The notes under the pieces were generated by a model. The model ran no database searches. It worked only from the letters and a program-made list of their open reading frames with translations, and was not told the origin of the DNA. A DNA stretch of 64,000 nucleotides. Origin: Takakia lepidozioides. Taxonomy: Eukaryota; Plantae; Bryophyta. The first letter of the stretch is position 1; every line of letters begins with the position of its first letter. The stretch is from NCBI GenBank assembly GCA_030704615.1, contig CM060732.1:1240001-1304000 (forward strand). The letters run 5' to 3'. Shown here one piece after another: positions 35,150-47,148 of this stretch. The position numbers and the translations under genes are program-made.

Positions 35150-36600
35150 CGACTCGTTAAACATTTCAACCAATTTTCAATCATGAATCATTAAATAGGG
35201 GAACTATTGGTTCACCCTTAGAACCATTTTAGATTGACCTCATACTTGTCCGGTAACTTTAAGAGGGCATGTACAACACACTCCCAAAGTTTCAAATCAA
35301 TCTAAAATCATTTGGCAGGGGAACGATTGGTTCACCCATTGACCCGGTGTACACTGTCACTCTTCAAGATTCGTGGGTGTGAGGGTTCAACTCACAGAAC
35401 AAAATCAAGCCAAAACAAAATCATTGCGCCCCACACTCATTGCGCCCCACAATCTTATGCCCTCTAAATCATTTTATTTAGTAAAAATCCAGTTCAATTC
35501 AAAATTGGATGAAATGGTGAACGGAAATTTCCCCGATGAAATGATATTTTATTGCTCTGAAACTTTGCAAGTGTCTTCTACATGCCCTCTTACACGTCTT
35601 TGAGAAGTATGACATCAATCTAAAATGGTTGAAAGGGTGAACCAATCGTCCCCCTACCAAATGATTTTAAATTGATTTGAAACTTTGCAAGTGTCTTGTA
35701 CATACCCTCTTACAGGTCTTTCACAAGTTTCAAATCAATCTAAAATGGTTGAAAGGGTGAATCAATCATGAACATATCAAATGATTTTGGAGTGCTTTAA
35801 AGCTTTGCAAGTGTCTTTCACATGCCATTTTAAAGGTACCGGACAAGTATGAGGTCAGTAGAATATGGTTGAAAGGGTGAACCAATTGTTCCACTATCAA
35901 ATGATTTTACATTGCTTTGAAACTTTGCAAGTGTCAACCACATGCCCTCCTACAAGTACTGGACAAGTATGACGTGAATAAAAAATGGTTGAAAAGGTGA
36001 ACCAATCATTCTGCTATCAAATGATTTTATATTACTTTGGATGTCATTGCTTTGGTAATTCTAGCCCCCCAATGGCCCATTGTAACCCTTGAATTACAAT
36101 TCAAAATGCAATTCAAGCCCTTAAAATTGGTAATGTCAGTCCCTAAAATGACCAACCCCGGCCGTCCCTCAAATTGTAATTTGAGCCCTTGAAATTGTCA
36201 AGTCCAACCCCTCAAATTGCAATTGAAGCCCCTGAAATTTAATTCCAACCCCTCAAATTGCACTTCTAGCCCCTGAAATGACAATTCCCGCCCCTCAAAT
36301 TGCAACTTTAGCTTGTGAAATGGCAATTGCTAGTGCAGCCCCTGAAATTGGCAAGTAAAGCCCTGGAATGGCAATTTCAACCCCTCAAATTGCAAGTCTA
36401 GCCCCTGAAATTGGCAATTCAAACCCCATAAATGGCAATTTCAGCCCTTGCAAATTGGCTATGGGTGAACCAATCATTCCCCTACCAAATGATTTTGGAT
36501 TCATTTGAAAATTTGCGAGTGTCTTGTACATGCCCTCTTAAAGTTACTGGACAAGTATGATGTCAATGTTAAATGGTTCAAGGGTGAACCAACAGTTCCC
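35150..36600. repeat. ~120 bp tandem repeats, interrupted by a ~30 bp minisatellite at 36060-36460
   Basis: AATGGTTGAAAGGGTGAACCAAT recurs at 120-bp spacing (~35625 to ~35985). AGCCCCTGAAATTG-type short units fill 36060-36460. Related 120-bp units occur at 42600-42960. Confidence 0.9.
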
Positions 36601-37050
36601 CTGTTGGATCATTCATGATTAATCGATTGATCTCATATTACACTGGGACCTATCAGAGGGTACATTGAACACACTAGCCAAGTCTCAAAGCGAACGAAAA
36701 TCATTTGGATGGGCAACCATCCATCGGCCCATTGAACGAATTTCGGTTGATCTCATATAACTCTGGGGCCTCTTCCATGGCACATTGAACATACTAGCCA
36801 AGTCTCAAAGCGAACCAAAATCATCTTGATGGCCAACCATACGTTGAGCCATCGAATGAATTTCGATTGATCTGATATTAGTCCGGGACCTGTGAGAGGG
36901 TGTTTCGAACGAACAGGCAAAGTTTGGAAGCAAACAAAAATGATTTGGATTGGCAACCATCCGTTCACTCGTTGAATGTATTCTGCTGGATCTGCTATTG
37001 CTTTGGGACCTGTTGGTATATGTGAAAATGGGGCGTGTAATGGGTCATGT

Positions 37051-39797
37051 GAGGTTTACTATTTCATGAGCAGAAACCATGAGCCATGAGCCATGAGCCA
37101 TGAGCCGCATGAGCGGCATGAGCGGTGAGCCGAAGTCTAAGATACGCGGATTTCATGAGCGGACTCCTCCAAATTTGGAAATGCGGCAGATTAAACAAGT
37201 ATTAAAATAATAGTTTTTTATTTGACCTTGCCGTTTTTGGACGTTCCAGATCATGTAATGCGGCGAAGATATGTCGTCAGTAACAAGTCCGCTCATGGTT
37301 TTTTAGATCCGCTCATGGAAATAAGTGACCGTGCAACGGGAAATCCAGTATACCACTGCAAAAAGACGTCGCATACTGGCCTGTATAGAGTATTCCGCGG
37401 TTTTACATGCCTTAACATTGGAATGAAGCTGACCCTTTTGCCGCGATTGAACCAATGGAGTCTGCACCAATACAGTCTGCAGTACTTCACAATTCTGTCT
37501 TCTTCGAGTATTCGGCGGGAAAGGTTTGCAACTTAACTGGGAAATAAGGTGCCGCATTAGGGTTCGCACGTGCGAAATTTCGGAGCGGTTTGGTGTTGGC
37601 GAAGGCCGCCTCTACCAGTACCTACGACGATACTTGGAAATGCGGCGCCGCATTTCCTTGTTGGAGGTCGAATGAGGAAAGCAAGTTTTCGGAAAGCAGA
37701 AAAACATGAACCCTCCAACATACAAAAATACATGCACGTGGAAACAAGTGAACGATATAGTAATATCTTAGTTCGAGCAAAACAGGTTATTGGTAGGCAA
37801 GACATATGTCGGACCTTTCTATGGCCAGAGTCTGAGGTACTGGCAGCAGTACAGTTGTACTATCCGAAAAGGATGGGCGTACCATTGTATGTGGACCGCA
37901 AGCCAAGCTCACTGGTCCCCTGGATCCATATTCAGAAGAGTGTGAACCTCCTGGGGGCTCAACCCTGGTGCATGTATGAATTGATGAGTTGTGGAATTAC
38001 AACGGAGTCTCTTTAGGTACACGTAGTACAAATGCTTGCAAGGGCAGTATGATGCCCCTTTGTTCGCCATGATCTGGAAGTCGGTGCAATTGCAGGTGGG
38101 TAATTCTGAAATGGTGATGGTGTACACCTCATTGCGAACAGCTGAGCCCGCCGTGGCCATCTGATACACACGCCCGAATCCTGGTGGGGGCACTTCTGTC
38201 GAGCTCTGGATTGTACAGTTCATCCGAAGTGCATTGAAATGTCCGTAACAGAAAGACAAATGAACGAAATTGACAGCAGCCTACCTCCCGCATGTATTGT
38301 CCGAACTGTCGATACCGAAAATGCCACCACCCCAACCAGCTGTGCAATGCTCCCAGATTGGTTGTCTCCACTACACCTGACGTGTTCCACCAAGCCTCGA
38401 TGATAGCAAACTTAACCTCCGCGTCATCAAATGTGGGTGCATCCTTCCACGCCGTACAAAGGACACGGTGTTCAGCCTGGAATGAGCTAGCAACAAATTT
38501 GGTAGTGTAGTGGGATAGACTCTGCATCCAATGGAATCCACAGGATCTCTCTTTCCCCTCCATTGGAACATTGGGGTCCTCACCGTACACACGCCGCACC
38601 GCTGTCCAGTTGGCCTGAGCGTTGTCTGCCATGAATCCCCTGAAATTGGGCTCTGGCAATCCCGCCCTTGCCATCTGCTCGTTTATGCCCTCCCACAGAT
38701 GCATCTCGGACTGTGTGTCCTCCCCTTTCATCTCGCAGATTGCAATCGTCATGAGCCTCTTGGAGTGATAGTCATAAACATGCGCACCCATAGTCACCCA
38801 CTGATGGTTTGTAATTCGCTTGATGCGATCAAACATCACCCAAGCATTCGACAAGTTTCCAGTTGTCATGCGAGTGACCAAGTCGACTCCACTCCCAGGC
38901 CCACACGTCGACATTTTGAAAATGTAACAACGATCGGATTCGCTGCCTTGCCCTGGAAACCTGCTACCTTGGATGTAGTCATATCCAGTCATTCGTTTCA
39001 CCTCCAGGATTGAGTACATGTCCGACCCCCTGCCGAACTCCTGCTTGCAAGATACGATGTGAACTGCTGCCACTGGACGTGGGTGGACTCCATCGGAGAG
39101 ACCTATTCTCCTCAAGGAGTGCGCTCCTCTTCTCCATTGTATGGGGACATTCGCATTGGTGTGGACGACGAAAACGTGAAGATTTCCATATTCGATGGTG
39201 GTATGATTGAAGGGCAGGACATTGTGGTGAACATCACTAGGGGCGGTACAACGGCTGCAATTGACTTTACATGGAGGAGCCCCATGACTCATGAGCTAGT
39301 TCTGAGAGCAGTCGAAGTCCCATTGACAACGTGACTTGTATTCAGTAGGCACAGGGCTAAAGATTTGATTGCACAATCAGCACAGTAGACGTGCTTCAAA
39401 TGCAATTCATGTGGATCAATAAAAACCTCATTGTGCCCTCTTTTTATTCTATTATGTGTCCATCGTTCCCAGAATGCGTCATTGCTCATTTCGTTTGGGA
39501 TTGGGAGTGTGGGTGGATTTTGCAAGTGGCTGGTAGGCTGAAATGGGCCCCCATTGTACATAGCAGTACCACCCTACCATTCGCGAAACATTGCCTTTCA
39601 ATATATAATTCTAAATAACATTGTCGAACCTCCTTCATCGGGAGGTCCTTCTCCCCCTATGACCGTGGCACCCTAAACCCTATTTCCGCGGACACCCATT
39701 TCCGGAAAATAGTGCTGCTCATGTTTTTTTCCACACTTACGACTCTGCTCATGGCTCATGCCGCTCATGGCTCATGGCTCATGAAATAGCAGCCCCC
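37051..39797 (-). mobile_element. Internally deleted MULE with TIRs and a 9-bp TSD
   Basis: Ends GAGGTTTACTATTTCATGAGC and GCTCATGAAATAGCAGCCCCC. TSD GGGTCATGT (37042-37050) / GGGCCATGT (39798-39806). An empty site is visible in the next repeat unit at ~40761. Confidence 0.92.
37909..39055 (-). pseudogene. MULE transposase fragments (DDE core and SWIM)
   Basis: WVMFDRIKRITNHQWVTMGAHVYD, FMADNAQANW, CGFHW and CNCTDF..CPCKH; close paralog of 7816-11084. Confidence 0.9.
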
Positions 39798-42700
39798 GGG
39801 CCATGTGCAACGTGCGTGCCAAATTTGGGAGCGAACATAATTCATTTGGACCCAAAACCACAGTTTTTCCCCTGTTTTGCACTCCAAACTTGAATTGTGT
39901 TCAACTTTATGCACTCTTCATAAAGAGTTCTGCAATAGTGAGCGAAGAGAACACTTTTTTTTGGGGCATTTTTTATTGGTCCAAATTTTGGCGGGGGAGT
40001 AGTGGTGGGATGCTGGAAGCCGCAAAACCAAATTGAGCCAAAAACAAAATCGATATGTGCCAGAAACCCCCAATGAAAGGCAGTGCAAACCTATTTATTG
40101 GCTTAAAATTAATTTAAATTCAATTACATTATGGAATGGCTTGGTGTCGATGGGGAGGCAAATGATTTATTCGTCTGTTGTGTCTCCGCACATGTGTTAG
40201 AGCACGTGCGGGCAAAAGAGGGGCTTCAACCACATCCGTTCAATGGGTACAATAGCCGTGCACGCATTGCAAGATTTCTTTTTTCGCAATGAATAAAAAC
40301 CAGATGACAACTGAACGCCTCATTGGCCCATCGAACGAATTTCGATTGATCTCATATTACACTGGGACCTATCAGAGGGTACATTGAACACAATGGCCAA
40401 GTCTCAAAGCGAGCAAAATCATTTGGATGGGCAACCATCCGTCGGCCCATTGAACGAATTTCGGTTGATCTCACATTACTGTGGGGCCTCTTCCATGGCA
40501 CATTGAACATACTAGCCAAGTCTCAAAGCGAACCAAAATCATCTCGATGGCCAACCATCCGTTGAGCCATCAAATGAATTTCGATTGATCTGATATTAGT
40601 CCGGGACCTGTGAGAGGGTGTCTCGAACGTACTGGCAAAGTTTGGAAGCAAACAAAAATGATTTGGATTGGCAACCATCCGTTCACCCGTTGAATGTATT
40701 CTGCTGGATCTGCTATTGTTTTGGGACCTGTTGGACTATGTGTAAATGGGGCGTGTAATGGGGCCATATGCAACGTGCGTGCCAAATTTGGGAGCGAACA
40801 TAATTCATTTGGACCCAAAACCGCAGTTTCTTCCCTGTTTTGCCTCCAAACTTGATTTGTGTTCAACTTCATGCACTTTTCATAGAGAGTTCTGCAATAG
40901 TGAGCGAAGAGAACACTTTTTTTTGGGGGCATTTTTTATTGGTCCAAATTTTGGCAGGGGAGTAGTGGTGGGATGCTGGAAGCCGCAGAATCAAATTGAG
41001 CCAAAAACAAAATCGATACGTGCCAGAAACCCCCAATGAAAGGCAGTGCAAACCTATTTATTGGCTTAAAATTAATTTAAATTCAATTACATTATGGAAT
41101 GGCTTGGTGTCGATGGGGAGGCAAATGTTTTATTCGTCTGTTGTGTCTCCGCACATGTGTTGCACACGTGTTGGAGCACGTGCGGGCAAAAGAGGGGCTT
41201 CAACCACATTCGTTCAATGGGTGCAATAGCCGTGCACGCATTGAAAGATTTCTTTTTCGCAATGAACAAAAACTAGATGACAACTGAACGCCTCATTGGC
41301 CCATCGAACGAATTTCAATTGATCTCATATTACACTGGGACCTATCAGAGGGTACATTGAACACAGTGGCCAAGTCTCAAAGTGAACGAAAATCATTTGG
41401 ATGGGCAACCATCCGTCAGCCCAATGAACGAATTTCGGTTGATCTCATATTACTGTGGGGCCTCTTCCATGGCACATTGAACATACTGGCCAAGTCTCAA
41501 AGCGAACCAAAATCATCTCGATGGCCAACCATCCGTTGAGCCATCAAATGAATTTCGATTGATCTGATATTAGTCCAGTTCCTGTGAGAAGGTGTCTCAA
41601 ACGTACTGGAAAAGTTTGGAAGCAAACAAAAATGATTTGGATTGGCAACCATCCGTTCACCCGTTGAATGTATTCTGCTGGATCTGCTATTGCTTTGGGA
41701 CCTGTTGGACTCTGTTTCGTGTGCTCACGATTTTTTTTTTCATTCCGTTTTTTAATGGGGCGTGTAATGTAGCCATATGAAACGTGCGTACCAAATTTGG
41801 GAGCGAACATAATTCATTTGGACCCAAAACCACAATTTCTTCCTTGTTTTGCACTCCAAACTTGATTTGTGTTCAACTGCATTCACTCTTCATAAAGAGT
41901 TATGCAATAGTGAGCGAAGAGAACACTTTTTTTTTGGGGCATTTTTTATTGGTCCAAATTTTGGCGGGGGAGTAGTGGTGGGATCCTGGAAGCCGCAGAA
42001 CCAAATTGAGCCAAAAACAAAATCGATATGTGCCAGAAACCCCCAATGAAAGGCAGTGCAAACCTATTTATTGGCTTAAAATTAATTTGATTTCAATTAC
42101 ATTATGGAATGGCTTGGTGTCGATGGGGAGGCAAATGATTTATTCGTCTGTTGTGTCTCCGCACATGTGTCGCACACATGTTCAAGCACATGCGGGCAAA
42201 AGAGGGGCTTCAACCACATTCGTTCAATGGGTGCAATAGCCGTGCACGCATTGCAAGATTTCTTTTTCGCAATGAACAAAAACCAGATGACAATTGAACG
42301 CCTCATTGGCCCATCGAACGAATTTGGATTGATTTTATATTACACTGGGACCTATCAGAGGGTACATTGAACACACTGGCCAAGTCTTAAAGCGAACGAA
42401 AATCATTTGGATGGGCAACCATCCGTCGGCCCATTGACGAATTTTGATTGATCTCATATTACTTTGGGGCCTCTTCCATGGTACATTGAATATACTGGCC
42501 AAGTCTCAAAGCGAACCAAAATCATTTGGAGGGAAATGATTTATTCGTCAGTTCATTTATTTGTGATTAATCGTTAATGGTGAAAAGGATAAACAAAAGG
42601 TTCTTTGATCAAAAAAAATTTGAATGATTTGAAATTTTGCCAGTATGTTCTACATGCCTCTTATAGGGACCGGACAAGTATGAGATCAATCAAAAATGGT

Positions 42701-43165
42701 TCACAGGAGGAACCAATGGTTGCTTGATGTGCCGATTTCTGAATGCTTTCAAACTTTGCCATTGCATTGTACATGGCCTCTTAAAGGTACCGGACAAGTA
42801 TGAGTTCGATTTAAAATATTGCAATGGGTGAACCAATGGTATCTTCATTCAGCAATTTTTGATTGTTTTGAAACTTTGCCAATATATTGTACATGCCGTC
42901 AAACAGGTACCGAACAAGTATGAGGTCATTCAAAAATGGTTCAAAGGATGAACCTCATATTTCCTAAAATTGCGTAGACTATACGGTGGGTTGCACATTT
43001 AAGTTTTCGCAACCTGAGACCTTTGGCCTACTTCCTACGTTTATAGCCTTTTTAGTCATCTTCATCTAGATTTATTACTTCGTTGTCGTCATCTCCAGAT
43101 GTTGATGAAGATGCTCCGGGTGTAGAGGACGTGCCTCCACCAGTACGGAGAGCTTGAGCCTGGGC

Positions 43166-45606
43166 TCAAGTGGTCAAAGAGAGACCCAGTGTTGTGTGGT
43201 CCACCCTTGCCATCATGCGTAGCGTTCTAGGCGAGTGCTGAGTCTCTTCCACATTTGCCAGAGCCGGGTGTGTCGCTCTTGCTACGGCGGCATGCAATTT
43301 TTCAATTAAATCCGATATGTTTGGAAGTGGCAAGAACACCCCTGGAATAGGGGCAACTTGGTCACGCCATGTGTTCTGCCAATACTTTACAACACTCGTG
43401 ATGGCAGCCTTGAAATTGTCCAACACCTCCTCCTGCTGGGGGTCTCTGCGCAACTCTGGAAGAAATGGCCCTTCATCTCGACGAGGCACCCAGTATGTCT
43501 CATTCATATCCTCCCAACGGATGCTAGCGGCCTCCAACTCCCTCAGAAATAGGTCTCTCCCAATCGGTTCGCGATTGTATGGGTCGTTTTCCGCTGGCAC
43601 CCACGGATCCTTAGGCAGTCGGAAGAATCTTTGTCTGGTATAGCTCCAATGCCCTCCCAAGTTCCGGCAAAAAAGCTCCATTTGGACTGGGTCCCGTATG
43701 CCTCTAACACGCACGGTTATTTCCTAGTTGGATGTCACCCAAAAGGTCACCGGATCTTTAACCATAGTTAACGTCTTCGCATCCAAGGCGTGCATCTCTT
43801 TTGGAGCATCCCATGTCATTGTCTCCCCCCAATGCCGCCAATTTAAAAAATCGTAAGGCGATACATCCAATGGCATGTTGTACCGGTTGTATTCGTATCC
43901 CGTGGGCATATTGTCTTGCAACCCAAACAACTCGTAGAAACGTCGATGGATTGGTCCACGGCAGTCATGGCATTGGCTGGCTCGCATGGCTGCCGATATA
44001 AGACATGCGGGATGGAACAAATGGCCACATGAACCAAGCATATAACCTCCCTCCGGTCTATAAGGGTTTAGGCACATTGTGCACATCGTACCATCTGTTA
44101 CCCATGATGCTGGATTGCTCTGTGGTATCCACGTCCGTTGATCCTCATGAATGAAGGATGACATCCTCGGCCTGGTGTCCCACTCCTCCTCTACTTCCAA
44201 ATCCCAGTTTATGTTGTTATTGGTATCGGAAATTGTATGCACACAGTGCTCAAACATGGCATCCACATCACCCTATGTGGTGAATCTAGTGTACTTCGAC
44301 GTGAATACATCACGCACAGTGTCTTAACATAGATGCTATCTACACTTCGATTCGACAAACGTGCTGCACGTTGGAGGGAGGAGAACGCTTCTTCTATCCG
44401 TGTTTCCCGCGATGCTAGATAGCCCGCCCATGTCACCCAATTCCGCCAATTCCCCTTCAACCATGGCCACGATCGGATTTGCATGGCATTTGAGTACCGA
44501 TATGCAACAACCCTAGCTTGCTCGCGTTCCCCCACAAGCTGCTCTAATTCCTGTTCTTGGGCCGATGTAATTTGCACGGCTGAACATTCCACAGTTTCCA
44601 CTATGGGGTCCTTCCCTTTTCTTGCTCTCTCCGCCGCAAGTCTTTCTTCCTCAACCCTCGCCGAGTCCAGTTCAGTTGTTTGCACTTCATTCCCATGCCC
44701 GATTGAGTCAACCCCGTCGATGATGCGGTCAATGTCCATTGGTGGCATATTCAAATGCGCCAATATGTCTTGCTCATTGGTGATTGGCCTCGGGTCCTGA
44801 AGCACACCGCGTACGCTGTCGAGAGTCCCCAACCCCATTCTTTCCAGCAACTTCGCTATTTGCCACTGTTGCAAATGAACAATGTCTTGCAGGTCTTTGA
44901 TGTGTTGTTCATGTGCGGCCAACTGTTCCTCCAATGGAGAGCGTACCTCGCCCCCCTCCACCTCAGACGTTGGAGGCCCGGCTGCAGAGACCTGTTGCGG
45001 CGTATAATCTGGAGGTTGGTCTGCATTTCCTCCTTCTTCCACATCATCGTTTCCATCCGCTTTTTCTCCTTCTTCCACCTCATCGTTTCCATCGAACCGT
45101 ATGATGTCATGCCCCTGACGTATATACAAGTCTGGGATATCAGAGAACATGTATAGTCTAGTACGCTATCTCGCAGTGGCAGTTTGCTAATCCACCGGTC
45201 GCAATAAAATCAACTCTTTGTACAACATGGCTGCAAATAAATACGGGACCTTGTTGTTGACGAGCGGTTGATCCCACAATGTTGTATGTATCTCCTCTGT
45301 CCTGTGGCGGAAATGCGGGTTGGCGCAGGAATGCAAGCTAGTTTGATTTTGTTTGGATTGTGGATCATGCCTATCTCTGGGCCACAAACGATTTATGTGA
45401 CACCAGTCCACAAATTTCCTGCAGTCACCAAGCGACCACCGCTGCCCCAACTTCCAAACTTCCCAACCTGGTTCCGCAAGAATGTTGGGGTTATTGTATA
45501 TGTCCCAACGAAGTTCACGCCTGGCCCCTTTTGGTTTTTTTTTGGGAGGTCCAGGTTCATTATCGTCATCCCTGGGATGACCTCCTCTGTCTTCCTCCTC
45601 CGCCAT
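43166..45606 (-). pseudogene. Disrupted long ORF with RING-H2-like finger
   Basis: Four consecutive same-strand ORFs separated by stops or frameshifts; CTMC..CGHLFHPAC..CHDC. Confidence 0.7.
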
Positions 45607-46450
45607 TTATGGCTCTGGCTTACCCCTACTCGACAGGAGTTTGCTAAGAAAAATGCTCTCCCAACCCTCCTAAATCATACCTAATCCTACTCCCTAATGA
45701 ATCTTCCCCAAGTACTAGAGGCACGTGTCACTCCATCGGCAGTTCTAAGTGAAATGACGCAATGTGCAATGAAAAAAACGTGGGTGCCAGAGGAGGGCTT
45801 CCCGGAAGGTACTCAGCATCGAATTCGTAGAATCCAACAACCCAAAATACCTCCCACCCAACCAATAGCACCCCTCTCTAGTTGGACTCAATGACAAGGA
45901 ATGCAACATCCCATCACCCACCAAGTCCTAGTGTGGAGAAAAGTGAGGGAGAGAATGGCCTCCAAGGCCTTATAAGCCCCCCCTCCACACTCGGGGCGCG
46001 TGCTGTCATCATGACTACGCACGCTAGTAATAGCTGCGACCGCCAGTAGGGGTGGTCGCATTTTTATTTTTATTATGTGCGACCACCAGCAGGGGCGTGG
46101 TCGCAGAATTTTTATTTTTTTTAATAGGTGCGACCACCAGCAGGGAGGTGGTCGCAGATTTTTTATTTTTTTAATAGGTGCGACCACCAACAGGGGGGTG
46201 GTCGCAGATTTTTTTATTTTTTTTAATGAGTGCGACCACCAGCAGGGGGGTGGTCACAATTTTTTTTATTTTTTTAATGGGTGCGACCACCAGTAGGGGG
46301 GTGGTCGCAGTTTTTTTTATTTTTAATAGGTGCGATTACCAGCAGGGAGGTGGTCGCATAATTTATTATTTTTTAATAGATGCGACCACCAGCAGGGGGG
46401 TGGTCATAGGGGGGTGGTCGCATAATTTTCCGATTTTTTAATATCTACCA

Positions 46451-46523
46451 ACAGTCAGTAGCTTAGTTGGTTAAGTGCACTGAGTGCGACCCGGACGATT
46501 CTGGGGTCAAATCTTGCTACTTG
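46451..46523 (+). other. Degenerate tRNA-like/SINE-head sequence
   Basis: A-box-like TAGCTTAGTTGG and B-box-like GGGTCAAATC at tRNA spacing; no complete cloverleaf. Confidence 0.4.
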
Positions 46524-47148
46524 ATGGGTGTGGTATGGTTTGTGTGTGGTGCCCCATTCCTACGCCTCTTGGCACATAAATGAAAGAGGTTATTTTCTCC
46601 TCTCACTACTAAGGGGCCTGATTTGTGAGCTGTCGCTCCATGGTGTTTCCAAAAATAATAATAATAATAATAATATCTGTGACCACCAGTAGGGGTAATC
46701 AGTAAATCAGTAAATAGGTGCGACTACCAGCAGGGGGGTGGTCGCAACATTTTTCTTTTATTTTAACAGTTGCGACGACCGTTACTGGTGGTCACACAAT
46801 TGTTTAAAAAAAAATAGATGCGACCACCAGGAGGTTGGTCCCCTTGCACCTCTATGTATGTTTGGAGAGGCAGATGAAAAGCACATGTATCGACTCCCCA
46901 TGGATTTGTGAAGGAGAAGATGAATGTTGGGAGCTGCACCTGCCCTTTGTGGCTTTCGAAACCATAATAGGAAATCAACAATATAAAGGTAATGACGAAA
47001 CACAAACACACGCACAACCACCAAACCCTTTCTTGGGTACACATATTCCATCATTTTTATTTCCGTACATGTATGCATGTACCCAAACTGAAACATGGAT
47101 ATCCATAGAAACATACTACACATCATGTGACAGAAGTTATAGCTATAC

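Larger units (their letters stand above)
36620..42540. repeat. ~1 kb tandem repeat, ~3.3 units, interrupted by a MULE
   Basis: ATATTACACTGGGACCTATCAGAGGGTACATTGAAC recurs near 36635, 40354, 41327 and 42337. Confidence 0.92.

Noticed and set aside
39803-42370. Recurring short ORFs
   Set aside because: By-products of the ~1-kb tandem repeat.
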